Of a stretch of DNA of 64,000 nucleotides, positions 54,535 to 63,999 are shown one piece after another. The notes under the pieces are model-generated. The model did no database searches. It saw only the letters and a list, made by a program, of their open reading frames with translations, and was not told the origin of the DNA. The stretch covers positions 66,320 through 130,319 of the forward strand of contig CACHCY010000002.1 in the NCBI GenBank assembly GCA_902578495.1, read 5' to 3'. This DNA is from an uncultured SAR86 cluster bacterium. Its GTDB lineage: Bacteria > Pseudomonadota > Gammaproteobacteria > Magnimaribacterales > AG-339-G14. Each line of letters opens with the position of its first letter. Within the stretch, counting starts at the first letter, position 1. The position numbers were made by a program, and so were the translations under genes.

Positions 54535-55527
54535 GTGGATGATTTCAACATAAAAATCGAATATAAGCACGTACCAAGATTTGACTCAGGATCAGATGAG
54601 AGTATCGATTACTTGGAAAGCCAAGGTTATGTGATTATTAAGAATGCTTTAACAGCCAATGAAGCTGCTAAGACCTTAGATTTGCTTTGGGACTATCTTG
54701 AAAATCTTGGAACAGGGATAGATAGAACTAATCCTTTAACTTGGTCAGACGATAAATGGCCAACATGTGCTCATGGTGGCATTATCCCCAGCTATGGAAT
54801 TGGTCACTCTGAGGCGCAGTGGTATGTGAGAGGAGTTCCCAATGTAAAAAAAGCATTTGCCAAAGTTTGGGATACCGATGATCTGCTAACAAGTTTCGAT
54901 GGCGTCTCTTTATGGAGGCCCTGGAATATTGATCCATCTTGGAAAACTCAAAGTGGTCAAGCATGGTTTCACATAGATCAGCATCCAATATCTAAACCAG
55001 GAAAACAATGCATTCAAGGGTTAATTAATCTGTTACCTACCTCGAAAGAAATAGGCGGCAACGTGGTAATTCCAAAGTCGCATAACTTTTTTAAAGATCT
55101 TCCTGAAGAGTACAAAGAAAGGGTAGAGCGCTTACCTCTGGATATTGATCATTTTAGATTTCCACACGATGATCCAAAGTTATCTTCTGAGCCTGCAGTC
55201 ATGGCACACATGGAGCCTGGAGATATGCTTTTATGGGATTCTAGAACTATTCATTGCAGTAGCTCTGGTAGTTCGCTTCCTGAAGGAACAAACGATCTTA
55301 TTAGAGCTGCATCACTAATTTGTATGATGCCAAAAAAATTATCCAGTAAAGAAATTCTAGAAATGAGAATTCATGCAGCAGAAAATCTAGTTTCCACCAC
55401 TAATTGGACAAACGATTTTCGAAATGCCGATGAATTTCCCATTATTTTAGAAGCTGAAAATAGAGATCAATATAAGTGGCCTAAGAAGCCTAACTTGAGC
55501 GACTATCAAAAAGAGCTAATAGCTTAA
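54535..55527 (+). CDS. phytanoyl-CoA dioxygenase (PhyH) family Fe(II)/2OG oxygenase
   Basis: WFHIDQH (HxD) and GDMLLWDSRTIHCS motifs. GTG start preceded by GAGGGG. Confidence 0.7.
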   Translation: MDDFNIKIEYKHVPRFDSGSDESIDYLESQGYVIIKNALTANEAAKTLDLLWDYLENLGTGIDRTNPLTWSDDKWPTCAHGGIIPSYGIGHSEAQWYVRGVPNVKKAFAKVWDTDDLLTSFDGVSLWRPWNIDPSWKTQSGQAWFHIDQHPISKPGKQCIQGLINLLPTSKEIGGNVVIPKSHNFFKDLPEEYKERVERLPLDIDHFRFPHDDPKLSSEPAVMAHMEPGDMLLWDSRTIHCSSSGSSLPEGTNDLIRAASLICMMPKKLSSKEILEMRIHAAENLVSTTNWTNDFRNADEFPIILEAENRDQYKWPKKPNLSDYQKELIA

Positions 55528-57066
55528 ATGCAGACTTTGGAAGAATATATCTCCGCAGGAATGGGGATAGCTTTTCATGCAAAGAAGCTCCCAACCAAAA
55601 AAGCTGTCATTAGCGAACATGGAGAAAGAACTTTTCATGAGCTTAATGCAAACTCCAATAAATACGCTAATTTTTTGCTTAAACAGGGGCTGCAGCCTGG
55701 CGATGCTGTCGCTATAGTCTGTAAAAACAGACCAGAATTTTTAGAGGCTTTATACGGACCTTTGAGAATAGGACTCCGAATTACGCCTATCAACTGGCAC
55801 CTAACCCCAGACGAAGTGACATATATAGTTGAGAACTGTGAAGCAAAAGCAGTCGTCTGCGATTCTATTTTGCAAGAAACCATTTCAGAGATAAAAGCAA
55901 AATTACCCGAAGTCATTATTTTATCTGCAGGGGGCAAAACAAAAGATGCTTCCTTATATGATGATGCAATAGCAGCGGAGGATGATGTCAATATAGAAAA
56001 CCCTATTGCTGGCAAATCAATGCTCTACACCTCAGGAACTACTGGCAGGCCTAAAGGAGTTTTTAGAAAAGAAAATCCTCCTCTTTCCATGACAGAAAAG
56101 CTAACTTCAGAATCAGCCAATTTCAATCCTGAAACGGATTTCAGTATATGTCCAGGGCCTGCATATCATGCCGCTCCTTTGGGGTTGAATATAAGTATTT
56201 CATTAATGGCCGGCGTTGGAGTTTACTTAATGGATAAATGGGATGCAGAAAAGATGCTGCACATTATTGATCAGTATAAATGCACTCATACCCACATGGT
56301 TGCAACAATGTTTCATAGGATTCTTAGATTGCCAAAAGAGGTTATCAGCTCTTATGACTTATCCTCGATGAAATGGATTTTACATGGCGCTGCGCCTTGC
56401 CCGGTAGAAGTGAAGAGAGCAATCATCGAATGGTTTGGCCCCATAATCTTTGAGTACTACGCTGCCACCGAAGGAGGAGGCTGCTTCATAGATTCTGAAG
56501 AATGGTTATTAAAACCGGGAAGCGTTGGTAAGGCTAACGAAGGCGTTGAAGTAAAGATTCTTGATGAAGAAGGCCAGGAAGTAAAAGAGGGGATGGAAGG
56601 TACTATCTATTTTAAAGCGCCTGAATCGGGAAGATTTGAGTATTACAAAGCAAAAGAAAAAACATCCGGAGCCTACAGAGGAGATTACTTCACGATGGGC
56701 GATATAGGTTATCGCGATTCAGACGGATACTATTTTCTAACCGGCAGAAGCGCGGATACCATCATTTCAGGAGGCACCAATATTTATCCCCAAGAAATAG
56801 ATGATGTACTTTTGGCTCACCAAAGCGTGGCTGAGGTTTGCTGCATTGGAGTGCCTAATGAAGAGTGGGGAGAGGAAGTCAAGGCAGTTATCAATCTTGA
56901 GTCGGGTGCAGATGAAGACGAAGTAAGAAAAGAATTAGTGCAGCTTGCCGAAGAAAAACTTTCAGGATTTAAAAAACCAAAAACATATGAATTTTGGACA
57001 GAAGAATTACCCCGCTTGCCCACAGGCAAAATTCAGAGAAATCTAGTTAAAAAAAGATTTTGGTAA
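55528..57066 (+). CDS. acyl-CoA synthetase (AMP-forming ligase family)
   Basis: AMP-binding motif (LYTSGTTGRPKGV), YGATEGG-like YYAATEGG, and C-terminal PTGKIQR. Confidence 0.9.
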   Translation: MQTLEEYISAGMGIAFHAKKLPTKKAVISEHGERTFHELNANSNKYANFLLKQGLQPGDAVAIVCKNRPEFLEALYGPLRIGLRITPINWHLTPDEVTYIVENCEAKAVVCDSILQETISEIKAKLPEVIILSAGGKTKDASLYDDAIAAEDDVNIENPIAGKSMLYTSGTTGRPKGVFRKENPPLSMTEKLTSESANFNPETDFSICPGPAYHAAPLGLNISISLMAGVGVYLMDKWDAEKMLHIIDQYKCTHTHMVATMFHRILRLPKEVISSYDLSSMKWILHGAAPCPVEVKRAIIEWFGPIIFEYYAATEGGGCFIDSEEWLLKPGSVGKANEGVEVKILDEEGQEVKEGMEGTIYFKAPESGRFEYYKAKEKTSGAYRGDYFTMGDIGYRDSDGYYFLTGRSADTIISGGTNIYPQEIDDVLLAHQSVAEVCCIGVPNEEWGEEVKAVINLESGADEDEVRKELVQLAEEKLSGFKKPKTYEFWTEELPRLPTGKIQRNLVKKRFW

Positions 57067-57069
57067 AGA

Positions 57070-57627
57070 GTGAATAAGATTTCTTTATCAAGATCAGATT
57101 ATTTAATTTCTCAAAAAGTGATTCACTGGTTGATGGCATTTCTGATCATCTTAGACTTAAATATTGCTCAAAAGTTTGGTGGAGAAATGGAGCTTTGGGA
57201 TAGGCTAGAATCTAGAGTTGATCACGCTACTGTAGGAATATTAGTTACAGTATTATTTATCTTTAGGATCATTTTAAGATACATTTACGGTGCGCCAGCG
57301 CTTCCAAATTCTATGCCTAATTGGCAGAAGTTTTCAGCAAAAATTGGTCACTACGGTTTATATTTCTTGATTGCTTTGCTCATTTTTACTGGAATTGCTT
57401 CAGCTTATTTCACCTCAGACCCCATCGTTGTCTTCGGATCTTTAAACCTATCCTCCGAAACAGACTCGCAAGGAGCTTTTCAATTAATTCGAGGAGTGCA
57501 TGAATTTTCAACCAATGCGGTGATTTTTTTAATTTTTGTCCACATATTGGCATCCATCTATCATCACTTTATAGCTAACGACAAAACAACTGTAAAAATG
57601 CTGAAGTTTTGGAAGCAGGCTGGCTAG
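57070..57627 (+). CDS. cytochrome b561 family protein (CybB-like)
   Basis: 4 TM helices with conserved His positions (VIHWLMA, GHYGLY, GVHEF, HILASIYHHF). GTG start 3 nt after the ligase stop. Confidence 0.75.
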   Translation: MNKISLSRSDYLISQKVIHWLMAFLIILDLNIAQKFGGEMELWDRLESRVDHATVGILVTVLFIFRIILRYIYGAPALPNSMPNWQKFSAKIGHYGLYFLIALLIFTGIASAYFTSDPIVVFGSLNLSSETDSQGAFQLIRGVHEFSTNAVIFLIFVHILASIYHHFIANDKTTVKMLKFWKQAG

Positions 57628-58598
57628 GCTTCCCAAAGATTCTTAATTGGTTGACTATCTTTTAAGTTAGAAAGATTTTCCAAAAATAAATTAAATGACC
57701 TTGGCAAGGACATCAAAGAATGCGCTGAGTCATGCGGAGTAATGAAACAATTTTTTGCGTCCCATAATTTAGATTCTTTTTCTAAAGGCTCGTTTTTGGT
57801 GGTATCAAGTGCCGCTGCTGCAATGATTCCATTATTGAGGGCATCAGCCAGATCGTCTTCAACGATCGCACTACCTCGGCCTACATTGATCAACATTGAG
57901 GAAGGGTTCATTTTTTTTAAAAAACTTGCATCCACAATATCTCTGGTGCTTTCACTATCTGGCAAAACCATAACTAGAAAATCTGTAAGAGGTAGCAGCC
58001 CCTCTAAATCATCTATGCTCAAAACCTCATCTGCATAATCACATTCTTCAGGATTTCTTCTAATGCCCGTAACTTTCATATTAAATGTCTTGCCTAGCTT
58101 GGCCACTTCTTTGCCAATTCCCCCGTAGCCAAGAATAACTAAAGTTTTATCTGTTAACTCACCGTCTCCACCATTTGGTATCCATTCTTTTTCTTTTTGC
58201 ATGATTGCATGCTCATCAATTCTTTTATTCCATCTAAGCATTTGAGCCAAGACATAATGAGACATAGGCTTTCCATAAATGCTGCTAGCATTTGCTATCA
58301 CTGCTTGAGATTCTTTTAAAACAGCCTGTAAAAAAGGCGCATCCATTCCCGCGTAACCGCTCTGAATAAATTTCATTTTTTTACACAAATCCAACATTGG
58401 CTCAAATAGTTCTTCATGATCTCTAACAGCGAATAAAAATTGATAAGATAAAAAGAATGCATCACATTCTGGGACTTCTGCCCAAGACGGATTTTTAGGA
58501 TTTTCAGGATTCAGTGAAAAAATCTCAATTGAAGGATCCAACACTTTAATCTGGTCCCCATAGAACTTATTGGTATCTTCTGAGATAACTACTTTCAT
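57624..58598 (-). CDS. D-isomer-specific 2-hydroxyacid dehydrogenase family protein
   Basis: NAD-binding GYGGIGKEVA, NVGRG and C-terminal ITPHDSA catalytic His context. Confidence 0.8.
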   Translation of the reverse strand: MKVVISEDTNKFYGDQIKVLDPSIEIFSLNPENPKNPSWAEVPECDAFFLSYQFLFAVRDHEELFEPMLDLCKKMKFIQSGYAGMDAPFLQAVLKESQAVIANASSIYGKPMSHYVLAQMLRWNKRIDEHAIMQKEKEWIPNGGDGELTDKTLVILGYGGIGKEVAKLGKTFNMKVTGIRRNPEECDYADEVLSIDDLEGLLPLTDFLVMVLPDSESTRDIVDASFLKKMNPSSMLINVGRGSAIVEDDLADALNNGIIAAAALDTTKNEPLEKESKLWDAKNCFITPHDSAHSLMSLPRSFNLFLENLSNLKDSQPIKNLWEA

Positions 58599-58650
58599 TT
58601 TATTTAAGATTACATTAACGGTAAGCTAAAAAAAAGCTAATCTAAACCTC

Positions 58651-58929
58651 ATGATTGGAACAATATTTCAAAAGAAAGTCTGGAAAGAATTAAAAAAAAT
58701 TCCTTATGGCGAAACTAGATCTTACAAGGAAGTCGCTCTTGCAATTGGCCATCCTCAATCCGCCAGAGCAGTTGCTAATGCTTGCGCTAAGAACCCATAC
58801 GCGCCCATGGTTCCATGTCACAGAGTAGTTAGATCCGATGGCAATTTAGGCGGCTACAGCGCTAAAGGCGGCATCAAAAAAAAGGCAGAACTTTTAAGAA
58901 TAGAAAGCCAAAATGTACGCAAAAGATAA
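58651..58929 (+). CDS. ogt: methylated-DNA--protein-cysteine methyltransferase, single-domain (MGMT C-terminal domain only)
   Basis: IPYGETRSYKEVA and active-site PCHRV motifs. 92 aa, so it lacks the N-terminal domain. Confidence 0.85.
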   Translation: MIGTIFQKKVWKELKKIPYGETRSYKEVALAIGHPQSARAVANACAKNPYAPMVPCHRVVRSDGNLGGYSAKGGIKKKAELLRIESQNVRKR

Positions 58930-60055
58930 TACAAAAAATTTGTTTAAATTAGCTAATTCAATTGCTGAAAATTTTGTCTCCAAAAATTTATCGAACTATC
59001 AAGGCTTAAGAAATTACGATTACGGTCCTAAAAAAAGAGATAATGTTTCTTGTTTATCGCCTTTCATTACTCATAGACTTATCCTTGAACAAGAACTGAT
59101 AAAAAGGTCATTAGATTTCTACCCATTTGCAAAAATAGAAAAATTTATCCAAGAGATATACTGGAGAACTTATTGGAAAGGTTGGTTGGAATTAAGGCCT
59201 GCCGTTTGGGAAGATTTTATTTCTGAAAGGGTAGAGATTTACGATGAAACCGCTTATGAAAGAGCTATTAATGGCAATACAGGGATTGATTGTTTTGATT
59301 TTTGGATCAACGAATTAAAAGAAGAAAATTACCTTCATAATCATACGAGAATGTGGTTTGCAAGTATCTGGATTTTTACTTTGGGCCTTCCTTGGCAGTT
59401 AGGGGCTGAATTCTTTATGAAATATTTATTGGATGGAGATGCAGCATCAAATACGCTCAGTTGGCGGTGGGTTGCTGGTATCCAAACAAAGGGGAAGCAC
59501 TATATTGCTAGATCCTCAAATATATCAAAATTTTCCAATGGAAGATTTAATCCGACTGGATTGATTGCTCATGCTGAACCTTTAAATGAAGAAAAAGAAT
59601 ATTTAAAAGGGCCTTTAAATCTGACATTTAATGAAACAAAAAAATATAACACCCTTGTGATGTTTGAAAATGACCTTTGGCTTGAGGGGAGAGAAAATTT
59701 TTATGAGAGCTATGAAAATATATTTTTGATTCTGTTAACTAATGTTGACAGAAAAATTGAATTAGATGAAAAGGTATTAGCTTTTAAAAAGAAAGCTCTT
59801 AGCGATGTGCAGACATATCTTGATAATTCTTCTTTAGAATCGTCAGAGAAGTTACAGCAACTTAATTCATTTGACGTTGTCTATCCATCTGTAGGAGAAA
59901 ATCTAGATTACTTGAGAGAGGTTCAGAAAATAAATAACACGGATATCAAGTTTATAACTCGCGAAGAAGACATTTTTTGTTGGGAGTTTTCAAATAAGGG
60001 GTTCTTTAATTTTAAGAAAAATATTCCTGATATCTTGAAAAAATTCTCTAATTAA
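58913..60055 (+). CDS. photolyase/cryptochrome-related protein with an N-terminal FAD-binding domain (atypical architecture)
   Basis: SCLSPFITHRLI, IYWRTYW, YLHNHTRMWFASIW and LLDGDAASNTLSWRWVAG match the photolyase FAD-binding domain. No alpha/beta domain precedes it. Confidence 0.75.
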   Translation: MYAKDNTKNLFKLANSIAENFVSKNLSNYQGLRNYDYGPKKRDNVSCLSPFITHRLILEQELIKRSLDFYPFAKIEKFIQEIYWRTYWKGWLELRPAVWEDFISERVEIYDETAYERAINGNTGIDCFDFWINELKEENYLHNHTRMWFASIWIFTLGLPWQLGAEFFMKYLLDGDAASNTLSWRWVAGIQTKGKHYIARSSNISKFSNGRFNPTGLIAHAEPLNEEKEYLKGPLNLTFNETKKYNTLVMFENDLWLEGRENFYESYENIFLILLTNVDRKIELDEKVLAFKKKALSDVQTYLDNSSLESSEKLQQLNSFDVVYPSVGENLDYLREVQKINNTDIKFITREEDIFCWEFSNKGFFNFKKNIPDILKKFSN

Positions 60056-60070
60056 TTAAATTTGATATAG

Positions 60071-61906
60071 ATGACATTTAAATTAGCTTTCAAATATCTG
60101 CTTCGACTAATTCTAATGGCTCTTTTGGCAATTTCGGTTTATTTAGTAAATCTTTTTTTCATGAAGCCTTTTTCAATAGACCATTTTCTGGCCAAAGAAA
60201 CTTTTCTTGAAATAATTGATTCCCCTGAGTCAATGACTTACATAGGTATTTTTGATAAATACAATTGGTTTACCACTCATGCTTCAAAATTAACCATTCC
60301 AAGCCAGAAACAATTAGATCGTGACAAAGCGAAAGCAAGAAAGATTTTAGAGACTTTAAGATCTTATGACGATGAAAATCTAAGCAGCATCCAAAGAGCT
60401 TCAAAAAAAATAGCTATTTTCGATACTGAGAATACGTTGCTGAGATTAGAGACTTTCCCTTTCCATAACTACGTTCTCAATCAGATAGGCGGCGCTCACA
60501 TTGATATGGTTGAATTCATGACAGATACTCATCCGATTAGAAATTTAACAGAAGCAGAAGCTTACATAGACAGAGTAAGACTTTTTGAAGATGTTTTTGA
60601 GGGGCATCTATATGAATTAAATGGGCAAAAAGCCATTGACTTTTATGCGCCAAAATTTGTTTACGAACGAGTCATTGCCCAGCTTGATGAATTTTTAAAC
60701 TTCTCATTTGAGGAGCATCCTATCTATACAGAATTCGACAGAAAAATTAAGGATTTAGACTTTTCAGAGGAGCAGAAAATACAGCTGCGAGAGAACCTAA
60801 AACAAGCAATCAGACAAAGCATCGATAAAGCATTTAGGATGATGAAAGATCATTTGGTTTCAACTCAAGCGCAGGCAAATAATAATCATGGGCTATGGTC
60901 TCAACCAAACGGCGATAAATATTATGAGTTGAGAATAAGAACTTATACAACTACAGATTATTCGCCCCAAGAAATTCACGATATGGGTCTTAGCGAAGTA
61001 GAGCGAGTTAGCAATAGGATGAAAACTATCCTTACGCAATTAGGATACAACCAAGACAAGTCTGTGGGTATTTTAATGAACGAGTTAAATGAGGATCCAC
61101 AATTTCTTTACGACGATACTCCTGATAGAAAACAGATTGCGATTAAAGATTATTCTGAAATGGTTGATGAGGCATATGTTGTTTTAGAAAAATATTTTCA
61201 CACCATGCCGAAATCCAAAGTTATCGTCAAAGCTGTCCCGGAGTACTCAGAAAAAACAGCAGCGGGCGGATATTACAGATCGCCTGCATTGGATGGTAGT
61301 CGGCCTGGCGTCTTTTATGCAAATTTATATGACATCAAACAAACCCCTAAGTACGGCATGAAAACACTTGCCTATCATGAGGCTATACCAGGTCATCACC
61401 ACCAAATAGCTCATTCCTTAGAAAATGAAGATCTAACTTATTATCGAAAATTTGGTTATCGAACCTCGGCATTTTCAGAAGGATGGGCTCTTTACGCAGA
61501 ACAGCTCGCCTTGGAAGCTGGTTTAGCTGACAATCCTTTGGATGAATTAGGTATTTTGCAAAGTGAACTTTTCAGAGCAGTCAGATTGGTTGTAGATACA
61601 GGAATGCACTATAAAAGATGGACTCGTGAAAAAGCTATGGCGTACATGAAAGCAAAAACTGGAATGTCTGACACAGAGGTGAGAGTTGAGATAGAACGTT
61701 ATATCGTATGGCCAGCGCAGGCGCTTAGTTATAAAGTCGGTATGATAAAAATACTGGAGCTAAGAAAAAGAGCTCAAGATGCCTTAGGCGAAAAGTTCAA
61801 TATTAAAGACTTTCACTCTGCTCTCTTGGATCATGGCAGTCCTCCTCTTTTCATTGTCGAAGAGAAAGTAAATGAAATGATAAATAACGCAAACTCATTA
61901 AATTAA
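60071..61906 (+). CDS. DUF885 family protein (metallopeptidase-like)
   Basis: N-terminal TM anchor. The HEAIPGHHHQ motif and about 600 aa length are typical of DUF885. Confidence 0.7.
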   Translation: MTFKLAFKYLLRLILMALLAISVYLVNLFFMKPFSIDHFLAKETFLEIIDSPESMTYIGIFDKYNWFTTHASKLTIPSQKQLDRDKAKARKILETLRSYDDENLSSIQRASKKIAIFDTENTLLRLETFPFHNYVLNQIGGAHIDMVEFMTDTHPIRNLTEAEAYIDRVRLFEDVFEGHLYELNGQKAIDFYAPKFVYERVIAQLDEFLNFSFEEHPIYTEFDRKIKDLDFSEEQKIQLRENLKQAIRQSIDKAFRMMKDHLVSTQAQANNNHGLWSQPNGDKYYELRIRTYTTTDYSPQEIHDMGLSEVERVSNRMKTILTQLGYNQDKSVGILMNELNEDPQFLYDDTPDRKQIAIKDYSEMVDEAYVVLEKYFHTMPKSKVIVKAVPEYSEKTAAGGYYRSPALDGSRPGVFYANLYDIKQTPKYGMKTLAYHEAIPGHHHQIAHSLENEDLTYYRKFGYRTSAFSEGWALYAEQLALEAGLADNPLDELGILQSELFRAVRLVVDTGMHYKRWTREKAMAYMKAKTGMSDTEVRVEIERYIVWPAQALSYKVGMIKILELRKRAQDALGEKFNIKDFHSALLDHGSPPLFIVEEKVNEMINNANSLN

Positions 61907-61964
61907 TTTTTTTAGCCTAGAACTGTTAAATTAAAAATTTCTTGGATAGAATTTAAAAGAGATT

Positions 61965-62834
61965 ATGAACAACAGTTTTTCAGCAGAGAAGTTTGAAAAT
62001 CAGAAACTTCCTTTCAAAGTAAAAAGATTATCGCCTGCGATTGGAGCAGAGCTGCTCGATATAGATTTAAGAGAAGATTTGAATCAAGCAACGCTGGATA
62101 TGATCTATCAGGCTCTTCTAATTTATAAAGTTATTTTTTTTAGAGATCAGATGATCTCGACGGAAGAGCATTTAAACTTTGCTCGTAATTTTGGATCACT
62201 TGAAATTCATCCTTTTGCTCCTCAAAAAGAAAATTTTCCAGAAGTGCTAAAGATTACTCACGATAAAGATAACAGAGGTAAGGAAAATACTTGGCACTCT
62301 GATGTAACTTGGAGGCAAGAGCCTTCTCTAGGTTCAGTCTTGAGAATGATCGAGTGTCCTGATTACGGAGGTGACACGCTTTTTGCAGATATGGGGGCAG
62401 CTTATGAAGATCTTTCAGATGAAGTTAAAGAAAAGCTCTATGGAGCTGTTGCAATTCATGATTTCGCCAACTTCAGAAAGGGCTTAGTTAAGGCAGGAAA
62501 AACCGAAGAAGAAATTGAAGCTGTGAATAAAAAATTTCCAAATCCAGAGCATCCCGTCGTAAGAACTCATCCAGACACCAAGCAAAAGAGTATTTACGTC
62601 AATAGGGCGTTTACTCAATACATTAAAGACTGGGATCCCGATGAATCTGAGAAAATGCTCAACTTTCTCTATTCCAGAGCATCCATACCTGAATATCAGT
62701 GCCGATTTGTCTGGGAGCCAAACTCAATAGCTTTTTGGGATAATCGAGCATGCCAACACTATGCTGCATCGGACTATTGGCCTAATGTTCGAAGAGTTGA
62801 GAGAGTAACCATCGTTGGTGACAGGCCTTTCTAG
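61965..62834 (+). CDS. TauD/TfdA family Fe(II)/2OG dioxygenase (taurine dioxygenase-like)
   Basis: WHSDVTW (HxD) and WDNRACQHYA motifs; 289 aa. Confidence 0.85.
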   Translation: MNNSFSAEKFENQKLPFKVKRLSPAIGAELLDIDLREDLNQATLDMIYQALLIYKVIFFRDQMISTEEHLNFARNFGSLEIHPFAPQKENFPEVLKITHDKDNRGKENTWHSDVTWRQEPSLGSVLRMIECPDYGGDTLFADMGAAYEDLSDEVKEKLYGAVAIHDFANFRKGLVKAGKTEEEIEAVNKKFPNPEHPVVRTHPDTKQKSIYVNRAFTQYIKDWDPDESEKMLNFLYSRASIPEYQCRFVWEPNSIAFWDNRACQHYAASDYWPNVRRVERVTIVGDRPF

Positions 62835-62841
62835 AATTATT

Positions 62842-63999
62842 TTAGATTGAAGATTTAGCAGCGATAGATCGTCCTTGCATAGACAAATAAATTGCTAAAG
62901 GAATAATTGCTATTGGCGCTAAAGATAAGCTCAATCCCAAAACAATTAGAGTATTGAATAACAATCCGCCAGAGGCATCGCCAAATCTATTGGTAAAAGT
63001 ATCTATAAAGACAGTCGATTTATATTTTTCAGATTTTTCTAGTGTTGTGTAGACACTTTCTCTTGCAGGTTTATTGATTGCGTATTCAAAGGGCCTCATG
63101 ACAGCCGATAAAATAATAAAAAGTATTACCCCGGAAGAACTAAGCAGGATGTTGGCCATGTAACCTGAAATTGCGAAGAAAGCGATGGAGAATAATACTC
63201 CATAAGCAATTAAGACAAACTTGATGCCAAAAAATCTATTTTCCAAGAAAAATCTAGTTAAAAACAATTGGGCGAAAAAGGAAATTGGCGTCACCACAGA
63301 GTCTGCCAAAGAGAAAATCTTTCTTTGTTCGACAACGTCAGTTGAATATTTATTGATTATCTCTAGACTGAAGAAATAAAGAGATGTCGCTAGGCACGTC
63401 CAAAGAAAAGCATAAATTAAAAGTTGTCTGACAAGTTTATTGGATTTTATTTGCATGAATTGCTCTGATAACTCTGTAAAAAAACCTGAATTTTCTTTCT
63501 TAATGATATCGCTAGGGACGCTGTTCAATAACCTAGATAAAACAATACCCAGCATTAACCCAACGGAAGCACAAAGCATCGCAACGACCGGTAAATCAGC
63601 CAGAAAAAGCAAAACTGATTGAGAGCCCAGCCAGGCTCCAGCCGAACCAAAGGCGCTTATAATGCCAAAATATTTTTTACTATCATCGGTTTGAAAACTA
63701 TTGACCGTTTTAGCCCAAAAAACTGAAACAACAAAAAAATTGAATACGTTATACCAAATGTAAAAACTTACGCCTACAACATAATTATCTGGATAAAGGT
63801 TGTTTATAAAAGCATATAAAAATAAGTTGAGAATAAAGAACCCATAAATATAAGTTACAAGCCTGGATTCCTTTACCCTCGAAACGATAAGAGAATAAAT
63901 AGGATTTGCCAACAACATAACCAACACAACAATTAATAAGAAGTAGGTCAAATCACTTGTTCCTATCTGAGCGGCCATTGCGCTTCTGAAGGGGCGCAT
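62842..63999 (-). CDS. polytopic transporter, MFS / ATP:ADP-antiporter(TLC)-like; N-terminus probably beyond the window
   Basis: At least 10 TM helices. The early segment resembles the N-terminal region of TLC/Npt-like MFS carriers. The ORF runs to the window edge. Confidence 0.45.
   Translation of the reverse strand: MRPFRSAMAAQIGTSDLTYFLLIVVLVMLLANPIYSLIVSRVKESRLVTYIYGFFILNLFLYAFINNLYPDNYVVGVSFYIWYNVFNFFVVSVFWAKTVNSFQTDDSKKYFGIISAFGSAGAWLGSQSVLLFLADLPVVAMLCASVGLMLGIVLSRLLNSVPSDIIKKENSGFFTELSEQFMQIKSNKLVRQLLIYAFLWTCLATSLYFFSLEIINKYSTDVVEQRKIFSLADSVVTPISFFAQLFLTRFFLENRFFGIKFVLIAYGVLFSIAFFAISGYMANILLSSSGVILFIILSAVMRPFEYAINKPARESVYTTLEKSEKYKSTVFIDTFTNRFGDASGGLLFNTLIVLGLSLSLAPIAIIPLAIYLSMQGRSIAAKSSI

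Noticed and set aside
55635-56015. 126-aa minus-strand ORF inside the acyl-CoA ligase gene
   Set aside because: It is antisense to a gene with a canonical AMP-binding motif and has no motifs of its own.
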